From the IMG/VR virus record IMGVR_UViG_3300040807_003058: a stretch of DNA of 64,000 nucleotides; one strand, 5' to 3'. Position numbers and translations under genes: made by a program. This DNA is from an uncultured virus (IMG/VR IMGVR_UViG_3300040807_003058). Lineage: Duplodnaviria > Heunggongvirae > Uroviricota > Caudoviricetes. The notes under the pieces are model-generated. The model was not told the origin of the DNA. It saw nothing but the letters and a program-made list of their open reading frames with translations, and did not search any database. Shown one piece after another: positions 49,201 through 58,784 of this stretch; the stretch's first letter is position 1; every line of letters begins with the position of its first letter.

Positions 49201-52200
49201 CTGGCTCAGGATGCTCGAGAGTTTCTACGGGACGCGCAGCTCAACAAGTCGGAGAACCGCCCGGAGATCTGGTCGGCGCTGTCGAACGGCCGTGCTCTTC
49301 CCGGGGCAAAGGTTCCACAGGCGTTCGAGCGGTTCCAGGCGTACATGCGGGGCGCCGGCATCGAAGTGGAGCGTGACTCCAAGCGAGGGGTATTCAAGCT
49401 CCTACCGATCACCGACGACAAGGTGCGGGAGATCGCCCGGACTTCCGGCAAGGACAACGTCATCACCAAGCCCTGGGAGACCATCCGGGCGAAGAACGAC
49501 AAGCCGATCCCTGGGGGCCTGTTCGATCCCGATGCAGTGCGCGGGTTGAGTGGGTCGAAGTGGGCGCGGTTCGAGCTCGATCACCCCGTACCCAACCCGG
49601 TGTACGAGAAGAGCATCCGAGAGATCCTCGGCATCAAGCCCAAGGAGTACGAGGGGCTGATGTCCGGCACGCAGTCAGTGGCGACCGCCGACGGAGAGCT
49701 CTACGGCCACCAGGCCATCAAGCACATGCTGGATAACGTCGACCTCGATGTGGCGTACGAGAAGGCGAAGAAGGCCGCAGCCACGTCGAAGGAGGCTTCT
49801 GATCGTAGTCGCGGCTACCGTGTGATGAAGTCCATCGACATGCTTCGCGGCAACGACATGTCCCCCGCCGATGCCTTCATGCGCCGGCAGGTACTGGTGC
49901 TACCGGCGAACATCCGCGGGCTTCGCCGAGATCAGAATAGCGGGGACTGGGTCATCGGTGACCTGAACTACCTCTACCGCGACCTCGGGATGATCAACCG
50001 GGAGTTGGTCAAGGCCCGGGAAATCGGGCAGCCTCCGAAGGTCATCGCGCAGCTCGAGGCTGGTCTGTACGAGGGCATGAAGTCCCTGATGCAGTCCGAG
50101 GGGTCTGTGCCTCTCAGCGGTACCGGGTACCAGGGTGTACTCGGTACGCTGGCTGGCCGGCGACCGGACCCCAGCGGCAAGGACGCCACCAACGTCAAGG
50201 AGTCTTTGTTCAAGAAGACGTTGCTTCAGCGCCGGCAGATCATGTCCGGCCGTACGGTCCTGGCACCGGATAGCGACATCGACATGGACGAGGTTATTCT
50301 TCCGCGGAAGATGGCTGTGGCGATCATGGAGCCGCTGATCGAGGCGGAGTGGAACCGACGAAACCCCCCGAGCTCGGGCGGTACACGCAGGAACAACAAG
50401 CTGCGATCCTTCCGAGAGAGACTGGAGTCGTACAAGCTGGAGAACAAGAGGGACCAGGAAGTAGACCGCATCCTGGAGAACGTCATTCGCGACCGGTGGG
50501 TGGCCGTAAAGCGCGACCCCGTGCTGCACAAGTACGGCGTTCAGGGGTTCAAGCCGGTGCTGCGCGATACCAAGACAGTGGGCCTGCACCCCGTGGTGTA
50601 CGGGGGCCTGAATGCAGATAACGACGGCGATACGCTGGCCATCTTCGCCCCTATTTCGAAAAAGGCCAGCAACGAGCTCCGGGATAAGCTCCGTCCGACC
50701 AAGAATCTGTTCAACCCTGCATCGGGCCAACTCGAGTACACAGTCTCTCACGAGGCCATCCTCGGTATCTCCCGCGCTACGAAGTCCCAGGGCAAGGACA
50801 CCGGGAAGTCCTTCAACTCCCTGCAGGCTGCTACCAACGCGTACAACGATAACCAGTTCGATGTGAACGACGTCATCGACGTCAACGGCCGCAAGGTCTC
50901 CTACGGCCTGCACCTGCTCGACGAAGCCCTGCCTGACGGCCACAAGATGGAGGACCTCGTACAGAAGGGTGTCCTACCTGCTATGACCGACCCAGCCGGG
51001 CTGACGAAGAAGCAGATCAACGGCGTACTGACGCACATTGCGAAGGAGGCTCCTCAGTCGTTCTCGTCCACCGCCGCCGGGTTCCGGGAGGTGGGGCAGA
51101 ACGTCGCAACGACTTCCGGAGCCACGCTGCTGCTGGATGACCTCAAGCCGGTGCTGGTGGACGAACGCCGGCGGGTGGAGAACGAGCTCTACCGCGAGCT
51201 AGGTAAGGTCAAGGGGATCGTGGACTCCGGCGAACGGCAGGAGCGGACCCGACAGATCTTCAAGGACAAGCTCATCGGCATCACCGACAAGGCGATGACG
51301 GAGCTACGCAAGACCATGACCGACAAGCGTCCGAACATGACGGCTGAGCTCACGTTCACCGGAGCTCGGGTCAAGCCCGGACAGCTGCAGCAGGTGCTGT
51401 TCGCCCCCGGGGCTTTGACCGACGCGAAGGACCAGGTCGTTGAGTCGCCGGTCATGCAGAGCTACACCGAGGGTCTGGACATGGCCAACTACTGGGCGTC
51501 GATGCACGGCGCTCGGATGGGCACTGTGTCGAAGGTCGTGCAGGTTCAGGAGCCTGGATACCTCACAAAGCAGCTGGTCAACACCTCGATGGACCAGTCG
51601 ATCACCGAGGTTGACTGCGGTACTACCCGAGGGGTTGAGGTCGATCTGTCCGCCAGTACGGACGATCTCTACGGTCGTGTACTCGCCGCTCCAGTGAAGG
51701 TAGCAGGGATGAACCTCTCCCCTGGGGAGAGCCTGACGCCGCAGATCGTGTCGGAGATCAACAGGAAGACGTCCGCCAAGAACCCCAAGGTGCGTGTGCG
51801 CTCTCCGCTGTACTGCGAGGCGAAGGAAGGCATCTGCCAGGTGTGCGCCGGCCGCACACCTACCGGGGAGTTCCACGCCAAGGGCACCAACTTCGGCATC
51901 ATCGCCGCACAGTCGGTGGGCGAGCGGTCCACGCAGCTGATGCTTTCGCTGTTCCACGGAGGCGGTGTCTACGACCCGAAGGCGGACACCGAAGGAAAGA
52001 CCTCCGTCAAGGACATGTACCACCAGGCATCGGCGTTGATGCGCATGCCGCGTACGATGGGAGGCAAGGCCGCTGTGGTTGCCCCGGTATCCGGGAAGAT
52101 CGAGAAGGTAGAGACGGACACTCGACGGGGCGGGTACAACCTGCAGCTCGAGGGTGCCAAGTCAGTGTTCCTGCCGGCCGAGAGACGTGCACCGAACGGC

Positions 52201-52737
52201 AAGAAGTTTCGGGACTTCTACAAGCCGGGGGACAGCATCAAGGCCGGCGACGTACTCACGGACGGCATCGCCAACCCGAAGGCCATCCTTGAGACGACGG
52301 GCGACATGGACAAGGCCCGGGAGTACCTCGTCAACCGAATGAACTCCCTGTACTCCGGTACTGGCGTGCTTCGGCGGAACATCGAGGCTTTGGTTCGCGG
52401 TGTGTCCAACACCGTGGAGGTGGTGGGGTCTGGAAAGACCGACTACCTCCCCGGACAGCGCATCTCGCTGCAGGAGGCAGAGGCTGCGAAGAAGGAAGAC
52501 CCCTCCTTCCGGTTCACGAACATCCTCAAGGGGGTGGACGTCGCTCCGCGAGAGGTTCGAGAGGACTTCATGGCCCGGCTCAACTACAACAACCTCAGGC
52601 GCACCATCATTGACTCTGCGGCCGTTGGCGCCGAGTCTAGGTACCATGGAACCCACCCCATCCCGGCGCTGGCGTACGCCGCTGAATTCAACCGGGACGG
52701 ACGTTACGGTGCGGTGAGGTCGGACGGCAGGTACTGA
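46225..52737 (+). CDS. single-chain fused beta-beta' DNA-directed RNA polymerase
   Basis: beta motifs HTPES, SLIPF, FEDSIL, GDKIFGRHGNKG, LNPLGVPGRIN, GAQSLGE, then in the same frame beta' motifs GGLFD, DLNYLY, SGRTV, RDPVLH, NADNDGD, HGARMG, GYLTK, AAQSVGE, LFHGGG; AGGAG RBS. Confidence 0.95.
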   Translation: MADISPQERARRELIRNLPPADEMAEDVLNRTVAALEKNFEAPIGDDNYRLELIGGLEHSGVPDPKDWDALYKHMTKGRTYGAKVYGTFRITDQRTGEVVKEERRLVSVVPTPVHDRSFIVGGKKRFLMHQWRRKPGVFSRWDEKGDITNEYNLDPSTSGSIRSFKVVYDRGMEGQDPSFKVHYKSSKSVDAWALAKLLGASDKDLRKAVGKEVADGIISSMDDEKYEKNIRSFHQKVFGNKKDAKELDLNLLEAQLKDEFNRTSVDPDVMKMSLGKAEDRITQSTIVSGFGRLVDIANGGPQDDRESLVVKNILSPADLVAEAVGRKSTVDKYRSKVRRKIMGLQSDQEPKLDLLLGTDLRGNITKRITTSDVMRSDHATTPLDSFAQATSTTIMGEGAIGSEQAIPTEAKLLNSGSFGFLDPSHTPESSRAGVVLHLPVRAKIVQSQDPRRDKDLPVSKVVSEFVRPNGKKVDLSPADVSGKAIGMADQYELTSSGKIKATPNDAGFVKALRDGEVVLVKPREVDYWVQDAAQMFDVNSSLIPFANSIQGGRVGYSDKQTQQSLPLKYRETPLVQVKAPGTDYSYEQLLGEEAGAVHAPFDGEVVAIDEGDNSRTIKVRKKGGKKVEEIKLPKNIPLGGGVPLDASPTVAVGDKFKAGDVLADSVYTKDGTLSMGVNLRTVYLPHYSATFEDSILMSESAARKMTSEHMYEEELDSQAVKPSKANYLQYSPTPISKEDSALLTDEGVIKVGSRVKPGQLLLVGTKTEHVDQESAAKAAAEIGFYQSNNKRKVRRGTRFYEKRWKHDSEGVVTGVEKTRNGYKIFVKTEEPLEVGDKIFGRHGNKGVVGTILPDEMMPTDTDGKPAELVLNPLGVPGRINPSQNFETFVGKVAEKLGRPEILDNWKKESNWDFVKNKLQQYSIPDGEDFTDPTTGRKLKGISAGTQYVLKAKQQVEHKSSARGIGGFQTSGLASKGEDGAQSLGELGFYGLLAQDAREFLRDAQLNKSENRPEIWSALSNGRALPGAKVPQAFERFQAYMRGAGIEVERDSKRGVFKLLPITDDKVREIARTSGKDNVITKPWETIRAKNDKPIPGGLFDPDAVRGLSGSKWARFELDHPVPNPVYEKSIREILGIKPKEYEGLMSGTQSVATADGELYGHQAIKHMLDNVDLDVAYEKAKKAAATSKEASDRSRGYRVMKSIDMLRGNDMSPADAFMRRQVLVLPANIRGLRRDQNSGDWVIGDLNYLYRDLGMINRELVKAREIGQPPKVIAQLEAGLYEGMKSLMQSEGSVPLSGTGYQGVLGTLAGRRPDPSGKDATNVKESLFKKTLLQRRQIMSGRTVLAPDSDIDMDEVILPRKMAVAIMEPLIEAEWNRRNPPSSGGTRRNNKLRSFRERLESYKLENKRDQEVDRILENVIRDRWVAVKRDPVLHKYGVQGFKPVLRDTKTVGLHPVVYGGLNADNDGDTLAIFAPISKKASNELRDKLRPTKNLFNPASGQLEYTVSHEAILGISRATKSQGKDTGKSFNSLQAATNAYNDNQFDVNDVIDVNGRKVSYGLHLLDEALPDGHKMEDLVQKGVLPAMTDPAGLTKKQINGVLTHIAKEAPQSFSSTAAGFREVGQNVATTSGATLLLDDLKPVLVDERRRVENELYRELGKVKGIVDSGERQERTRQIFKDKLIGITDKAMTELRKTMTDKRPNMTAELTFTGARVKPGQLQQVLFAPGALTDAKDQVVESPVMQSYTEGLDMANYWASMHGARMGTVSKVVQVQEPGYLTKQLVNTSMDQSITEVDCGTTRGVEVDLSASTDDLYGRVLAAPVKVAGMNLSPGESLTPQIVSEINRKTSAKNPKVRVRSPLYCEAKEGICQVCAGRTPTGEFHAKGTNFGIIAAQSVGERSTQLMLSLFHGGGVYDPKADTEGKTSVKDMYHQASALMRMPRTMGGKAAVVAPVSGKIEKVETDTRRGGYNLQLEGAKSVFLPAERRAPNGKKFRDFYKPGDSIKAGDVLTDGIANPKAILETTGDMDKAREYLVNRMNSLYSGTGVLRRNIEALVRGVSNTVEVVGSGKTDYLPGQRISLQEAEAAKKEDPSFRFTNILKGVDVAPREVREDFMARLNYNNLRRTIIDSAAVGAESRYHGTHPIPALAYAAEFNRDGRYGAVRSDGRY

Positions 52738-54443
52738 TGCAGCCACCAGAGACAGTATCGGGAGTGTCGCTGGACACGGGATTTGTCGTTGACGTCAACA
52801 CCGCTGACCGGCTGTACGACGTGCAGCTCGAGCGCAGCAACAGGGTGTTGGAGGACATCCCGCGGCTGGAGTCGGCGGTCTCCATCGGAGGTGGGGGGTA
52901 CTCCGGCTCCTACCTGAAGAAGCGGACGAAGGTGGTCGTGGCCCGCCCACGCGGCAGCAGCACGTGGGTCATCCTCGGGGCTCTGGCTGTCCCCACCCCG
53001 GACTACGTGGACCCGGAGGACCCTACACAAGGGGAACTCGGGGCTCGATCGGACCACAAAGCCGGCCGTAATGGGGACGAGCCCGGCGACCACGTCATGC
53101 AGAACGACCTCGGCGGCCACATGGCCGTCAGGAACAACGGCGTGCTGGAGGTGTACGCCAATGAGTTCCTTTGGTCGCGGTACTTCCCGAATGAACGCGC
53201 CATCCGGCAGTTCTGCCAGAGCTACCAGACCGCTGGGTTCTTCGGCCTGTCGGAGTTCTTCACCTCCCGGGAGGAGAACACCGACGCGTCCGGCCAAACC
53301 CCTACCGGGTACCGGGCTCGTATCAAGTCCCGCACTGCCTCAGCCCCGCACGTATGGATGGACGCCGGCACAGTGCGGGGGGAAGAGGAAGTCCGTCTTC
53401 CCGGACTACCGAAGAGGTCGGAGAAGGGCGTAAGCAACCTCTGCTTCCGGTTCCTGGTGTTCGACCAGGAGATGGTCGATCGGTACTCCGCTGCTGGCGA
53501 GGGCCCACCGCCCCCCGGCGCAGCCCGGATGGCTCTTCGGGCTGACGAGGAAGGCAACGTGCTGTGGGCTTCTGCCGGCACAATGACCTTCACCGCCGGG
53601 GAGACGGTAATCAACAGCCGCACCCGGCTGCGGATGACCGCCGGCTCCGGGCTGGACATCCTCAGCCGAGGGACAACCTCACTGAAGTCCAGGGCAACAA
53701 TGACGCTAGCGTCTGACAAGGCGATGGCGCTCGTAAGCGGGGGTGACGTCGTCGTACGGTGCCGTCGGTTCCGGGTACAGGCGGACAACGACGAGTATGA
53801 GGTACAGGGCCCGTGGAAGGTGCGTGCCGGCGGGGTGATGGAGCTACACACCTCGGCCCACATGAGCGTCCGCGCGGGTGGCGACAAGACCGTCAGTACT
53901 GCCGGCAGCAACCATGAGGTAGTTGGTGGGCGTAAGGGACTGATTGTTCTCGGCAATTCCGCCCCCGAAAACATCGGCCGTGACTTCTCCGCCTACAGGA
54001 TGGTGGTGAAGAACGGTGCTTACCGACAGACTGTAGAGCGTGGCTCTATCGAGCTCCGAGTTGGCCCGGAACAGGCGCCGCTGGCGACGGTGATAGTCCA
54101 CAACGATGTGACGAAGCCGACGGAGATCGGGCGTATTGAGCTCCGGCACAACATCTCCGGGGCGAAGGTGCTCATCTCCTCCGACGGCAGCTTCGAGATC
54201 GGGGGACGGGCAGGCGGAATCCACGGAGATGCCGCAGGGAACGTGCAGCTCGGCCGCACCGCGGGAGTTCCTGGGTACATCGTTACCTCTGCCTCCCACC
54301 AGGACTACGTTACGGGACTGCCCCTACGCGGGGTTCCTGGTGCCGTGGTGAACCAGACGGCTGCAGGAGTTCCTGGGCCGGGGGTGCCGGTGGTGCCGCC
54401 GGTACCGACGCTGCCGGAAGTCCCCATACCGGACGCCGACTGA
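52737..54443 (+). CDS. baseplate hub/spike protein (Gp5/VgrG-like)
   Basis: N-terminal OB-fold-like GFVVDVN...VVVA...VILG, then short Gly-punctuated beta repeats (AGGDKTVSTAGSNHEVVGG). Confidence 0.65.
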   Translation: MQPPETVSGVSLDTGFVVDVNTADRLYDVQLERSNRVLEDIPRLESAVSIGGGGYSGSYLKKRTKVVVARPRGSSTWVILGALAVPTPDYVDPEDPTQGELGARSDHKAGRNGDEPGDHVMQNDLGGHMAVRNNGVLEVYANEFLWSRYFPNERAIRQFCQSYQTAGFFGLSEFFTSREENTDASGQTPTGYRARIKSRTASAPHVWMDAGTVRGEEEVRLPGLPKRSEKGVSNLCFRFLVFDQEMVDRYSAAGEGPPPPGAARMALRADEEGNVLWASAGTMTFTAGETVINSRTRLRMTAGSGLDILSRGTTSLKSRATMTLASDKAMALVSGGDVVVRCRRFRVQADNDEYEVQGPWKVRAGGVMELHTSAHMSVRAGGDKTVSTAGSNHEVVGGRKGLIVLGNSAPENIGRDFSAYRMVVKNGAYRQTVERGSIELRVGPEQAPLATVIVHNDVTKPTEIGRIELRHNISGAKVLISSDGSFEIGGRAGGIHGDAAGNVQLGRTAGVPGYIVTSASHQDYVTGLPLRGVPGAVVNQTAAGVPGPGVPVVPPVPTLPEVPIPDAD

Positions 54444-55150
54444 TGCCACTGCCGTCACCAGCAGCGCTAACGTCGTCCATCACGACCTCCCTGGTTGCTC
54501 GGGGAGTCGGCGGGGTCGTTGTTCCGGGTGGATACAACCCCTGGCTGCTGATGGTGCAGCACGCGGTGGAGGCTTTGCAGGGTAAGATCACTGCGGCTTT
54601 TCAGGCTGGGGTGTGGTACCCCGGGACGACTACCTCCCCTCCTACACCTTCCGTACTAACGACTACCCCGGGCGTGTTCCAGCCTGCGGTGGAGACGATC
54701 GCCATGACCGTGGCCCGGGGTGCTTCCTCTGGGGCCCCTTCTGCGAGAGCGCGGTCCTACGCGGCGGAGGCGGGCCTGAACGGTCCGTACGGGGCTGCGC
54801 TGCCAGAGGCCGTAGGAGAGGGGTGTATACGGGCCTGGGGAGTTGCCGGCATGCTTGTACCCGTAGATGGGGTGTTCGCCACCGCGGCTACCGCCGCCCC
54901 GGCAAGTACTCCCGTAAGTGTGATCTTCCCTCCGACCTGGTCGCCCGACGCGGCGGCTATCGTGTCCGCACGGTGGAACAGCGACCCCCGGCTGTATAGC
55001 CCCAACCCAGCGGGCAGGGCGTCTACGGCAATGATGCTGTCGAAGGTCGTGCTAGACAGTATTACCTGGCTGCGGCCTACTGTACTTGTGGGCACGGTAG
55101 GAGGTACTGTCGTCCCCGCCACCGTGTCCCCCGGTACATCCATTGTCTGA
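54443..55150 (+). CDS. putative structural protein downstream of the spike
   Basis: Ala/Gly/Thr/Pro-rich, TGATG coupling. Confidence 0.55.
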   Translation: MPLPSPAALTSSITTSLVARGVGGVVVPGGYNPWLLMVQHAVEALQGKITAAFQAGVWYPGTTTSPPTPSVLTTTPGVFQPAVETIAMTVARGASSGAPSARARSYAAEAGLNGPYGAALPEAVGEGCIRAWGVAGMLVPVDGVFATAATAAPASTPVSVIFPPTWSPDAAAIVSARWNSDPRLYSPNPAGRASTAMMLSKVVLDSITWLRPTVLVGTVGGTVVPATVSPGTSIV

Positions 55151-58100
55151 CCTCGAGTGGACATATACGCGAGTAGGGAACCTGACCTGGTTGAACCAGG
55201 TGGTCGACGTACTCGATGCGGTGGCCCCTGTAATGCGGGCGGAGCAGGCGCTGAACGACGCGCTGAGTACGGTTGCGCGGGTACAGAGCATCATCGAGCA
55301 GGCGTTTGCGGCAGCCTCTGCCCGCCGAGTGCTCGCGCTCGGTGCCGGCCTGGCGCTGGAAGAGTTCATCCAGGACTACCTCACCGACAACGGCTATCTT
55401 CTCACCTACAGCAACCTCGGCCGGCTCATCGACCGCCTGGGGGTGGGTACGTTCCTCGAGGGAATGCAGGACTCCGTCAACGGCAAGGAATACGACAGGT
55501 TCGCCAGAGTACCCGGACTCCGGGCAGAGCTCCTACAGAGGGACAGCCGGGGACCGTTCCAAGACCTCGGGTTCACCTACCAGCAGAAGGCTCGCCGGGC
55601 CGTCTACCAGGTAGATGACCTATTCCAGCGGACAGAGTTCACTGACTTCGAGGACTTCCTCATCCCGTTCCTGGAAGCGTTCTACGATGATGGCGACCAA
55701 CAACGTCCCGTGTGGAACGAGCCGGTGGATCGCGTTGGGGGAGTAATCCTCACGGTAGAGGGCGTGGACCCGGCGGAGGTCATCGAACGGTTCGACCTAC
55801 TCGCCAGGCTCATCAGCCACGCCAGTAACGGCATTACGAACATCCTGCGCGACGTCGACTTCTCCGTCCTGCGGGATGTGCCGACCAAGGCTTGGGCAGG
55901 GTTCCTCGACGCGCTACCTGATGGAGCCAAGAACGACGGTGGGTTCGCAACGACGTCAGCGCTGCAGATCGACGCGCTGGACCCCCGGGTGCGTGGATTC
56001 GGGCAGAACTACTCGGCTGCCCCGGACTTCCAGCGCCTGGGCACGGCCGACCTCATCCCCGCCCTGGGGAACCTCCTGCAGGAATCCAATCTTGTCGCCG
56101 AGTTTCTCGGCCTGCAGCTACCTTCCCGGGTGGCCCTGGATGGCCTGGCCACCGCCCTGGCTGAGCGAATTCAGCGGATCCTTGATGCGATTCGAGCCAT
56201 CCAGGATTTCGCCCGTCTTCTGCGGGATGCACTGGCGCTCAGCGGGGTGGCGAAGCTCCACATTCCGTTGGAGATTCGCAGTAGGGACGAGCTCGTTCAG
56301 GAAATCTATCGGGCCACCCCGTCGCGCAATGACCTAGTCCGGGTAACTCGGAACCCCAACGATCAGCTACGGGAAGACTTCGCAGATTACCCGTCCTGGG
56401 CGCAGGTGATGCAGGTGGGGGACCTCACCAGCACGCAGCATGCTCTGGGGATTTCCAGGACAGACCCTGACTTCGCCTTCGAGGCCGCCGGCAACCTGAT
56501 GGTCATGGGTCTCGGCATCTTCTACACCGAGGGACCGCTGGCGAGACTCCTCAACGGCATCTTCAGCGACACAGGGGACACCGAGCTCCTGCCGTTCGTG
56601 AACCTCGATCTCGACGATGTCGGCTCTATCTCCCCGTCGGTACTAAGAGAGTCCATCCTTCCTGGTATCGACCTTCCCCCGGGAGCAATAGGGTCGCTGG
56701 TGGACGTAGGGTCGGACGGAGTACCCGGGGTCACCGACCCCGTGTCGGAAGGCGGGTCCCCCGGGACAGACGTGTACGTCGTGCGCGAAGTCCCCGCCCC
56801 GGCCAGCGGGCCCGTGGGCACGGGAGTGAAGTCGGTCGCTACCGGGACTCCTGTGCGCGCAGCTTACCCGTCGGACGACAACCCTGCTGTGCTGCACCCC
56901 GCCTCGGCCGCGCTCATCACCTCAAACGGGGCGATCACGGCCATGCAGGAGAGCGACGGCGGGTATGGCGGCGGTACTGGCGGCGTACCAAATACCACCG
57001 AGGAGTGGGCGCCGCTAGCTCAGCTGGAGTTGGGGTACGATTCCGGATTTGCGCACGAACCGGGGGTGCACCTCGTTGATTTCGACATTCGCCCCGGTGG
57101 GACCGTTCTGCACAGCTCGACGATTACTGCACTGTACTCCGGCACCTTCGGCGGTCGAGTAGCTCGCTCATCCGTCACTGTGGCGTACGGCGACAGCTAC
57201 GTAGTTGCTGAGATCGTCAGCTCCCTCGGTGGAGATGAGTGGGCGATTTACCCGGCCATCCCGGAGGACGCGGCGACTACGGGGCTCCTGGCTGCGGGGG
57301 TGATGCCCCGCGTGCAGAACAGGTGCACCCACACCTCCGCCACGACCTCCGAAGAGGTGCTGACGTTCGAGACGCAGGTAGGCCTACTGCGGTCTACCGT
57401 GGTGACTGACCCAGACGGGGCGGTAGTAGGGGGAAGCTCGTCGGACGTATCCCGAGCAGTGCTGAATGTGCAGAGCGAGGGCCACGTGCACGCCGCAGCA
57501 GATTCCGAGTACGGGCAATACTACCGCTGCGCATTTACCGCTGGGTACGGGGATACTCTTCTCTCCGCTCCGCTGGTGGCCATCTCCTCCGGAGGAGTGG
57601 TCTGTGCTCCGGCTACGTACCCCCCAACCGCCTACAAGAACGCCGTCGACCTGGTGCCGGCGTCGATCGGCAGGCCGGCCTCGGGGGCGCCGCGGAACTC
57701 CGTGAGCAGGAAGGCCGCGTTCCTGGGAGCAGGGGCCACATACTACTGTATGGCCGAGGTGGTAACGTCCTCCGACACACTAGGGGCCTGTCGTCAATTC
57801 CCTGGCACACGCCTACTGACGGCATGGGCCGGCCGAGTGGTCCGCATTGGTATCGGCACGACTGCCGACACCAATGCTAGGGTATGGGCGGCGCAGGCGG
57901 AGGTGGTCGATGTAGAGGTGTTGTCTGGGGGATCCTGGGTGCCTCTTGGGGCCGCGGCCGTGAATTACGGGACCTACGGGCCTGGAGGGTGGCCGGTAGA
58001 AGCCACCGCAGGTACGAAAGCGACATACCCCGCAGCAGCCCTAAGGCTGGTTCTGTTTCCCAGCGACCACCTGGCCACTACCTGGCCAGTAGCGCCCACA

Positions 58101-58781
58101 AACACTCTGCTGGGCCACGCCTGGTACGAAGGCGACATCTGCGTGGTACCTCCAGGCACGTACGTACACGCTCGAGGAGGGGCTATGCCTCCTGGGAGCG
58201 TAGGCGGGCCCGGTAACGGTGTGTCCAACACCGGCGGGTGGGGTTTCGTCCGATCGGTGGACCTACCGCCGCAGGTAACGGCTGCCGGTAAGCGAACGCT
58301 GGCGCTGGAGTTCAGGGTGATGGCGGATGTGTCCGACGTTGTCGGCACGTACCTGCTGCTGACCACTCGGTACCACCGAATCCGCTATACCGCCGACACG
58401 GGGCAGTGGGCGCTGGACATCCGCTCCCCCGATACCTGGCAGTGGTCGCTGGACGTGGTAACGAACACGCTGCCTGTCTCTGCGGATGGTCGACACCGGA
58501 TGACGATCACTCGAGACCCCGCGGTCGGTACCCTCGGCCTGAAAATGGAGACGTTCTCCGTAGGCTGGTCTACCGATTGGGATTCTTCTGTTTCTGTGGC
58601 GTCCGTATCGCCGCAACTGGTAGGTTGGCAGCCGAGGAACCGTCCCGTCCGTCTGGGCAACCGTCCTCGACAACTGTCCCAGTTGACCTCAGCCATTGGC
58701 AACTTCCTGGAAGACAGCAACGGCATTCGCTATGGGTCGATGCCTCTAGCGATTCTCAGCGTGGACCACAGCTACGAGTAA
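55143..58781 (+). CDS. large putative virion protein
   Basis: 1212 aa; helical N-terminal half and beta-rich C-terminal half; TTG start overlapping the upstream stop. Confidence 0.6.
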   Translation: MSDLEWTYTRVGNLTWLNQVVDVLDAVAPVMRAEQALNDALSTVARVQSIIEQAFAAASARRVLALGAGLALEEFIQDYLTDNGYLLTYSNLGRLIDRLGVGTFLEGMQDSVNGKEYDRFARVPGLRAELLQRDSRGPFQDLGFTYQQKARRAVYQVDDLFQRTEFTDFEDFLIPFLEAFYDDGDQQRPVWNEPVDRVGGVILTVEGVDPAEVIERFDLLARLISHASNGITNILRDVDFSVLRDVPTKAWAGFLDALPDGAKNDGGFATTSALQIDALDPRVRGFGQNYSAAPDFQRLGTADLIPALGNLLQESNLVAEFLGLQLPSRVALDGLATALAERIQRILDAIRAIQDFARLLRDALALSGVAKLHIPLEIRSRDELVQEIYRATPSRNDLVRVTRNPNDQLREDFADYPSWAQVMQVGDLTSTQHALGISRTDPDFAFEAAGNLMVMGLGIFYTEGPLARLLNGIFSDTGDTELLPFVNLDLDDVGSISPSVLRESILPGIDLPPGAIGSLVDVGSDGVPGVTDPVSEGGSPGTDVYVVREVPAPASGPVGTGVKSVATGTPVRAAYPSDDNPAVLHPASAALITSNGAITAMQESDGGYGGGTGGVPNTTEEWAPLAQLELGYDSGFAHEPGVHLVDFDIRPGGTVLHSSTITALYSGTFGGRVARSSVTVAYGDSYVVAEIVSSLGGDEWAIYPAIPEDAATTGLLAAGVMPRVQNRCTHTSATTSEEVLTFETQVGLLRSTVVTDPDGAVVGGSSSDVSRAVLNVQSEGHVHAAADSEYGQYYRCAFTAGYGDTLLSAPLVAISSGGVVCAPATYPPTAYKNAVDLVPASIGRPASGAPRNSVSRKAAFLGAGATYYCMAEVVTSSDTLGACRQFPGTRLLTAWAGRVVRIGIGTTADTNARVWAAQAEVVDVEVLSGGSWVPLGAAAVNYGTYGPGGWPVEATAGTKATYPAAALRLVLFPSDHLATTWPVAPTNTLLGHAWYEGDICVVPPGTYVHARGGAMPPGSVGGPGNGVSNTGGWGFVRSVDLPPQVTAAGKRTLALEFRVMADVSDVVGTYLLLTTRYHRIRYTADTGQWALDIRSPDTWQWSLDVVTNTLPVSADGRHRMTITRDPAVGTLGLKMETFSVGWSTDWDSSVSVASVSPQLVGWQPRNRPVRLGNRPRQLSQLTSAIGNFLEDSNGIRYGSMPLAILSVDHSYE

Positions 58782-58784
58782 GGC

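Noticed and set aside
46225..52737. Cellular rpoBC locus (host chromosome)
   Set aside because: No rplKAJL, nusG or rpsL neighbours; flanked by phage structural genes; heavily diverged and shortened.
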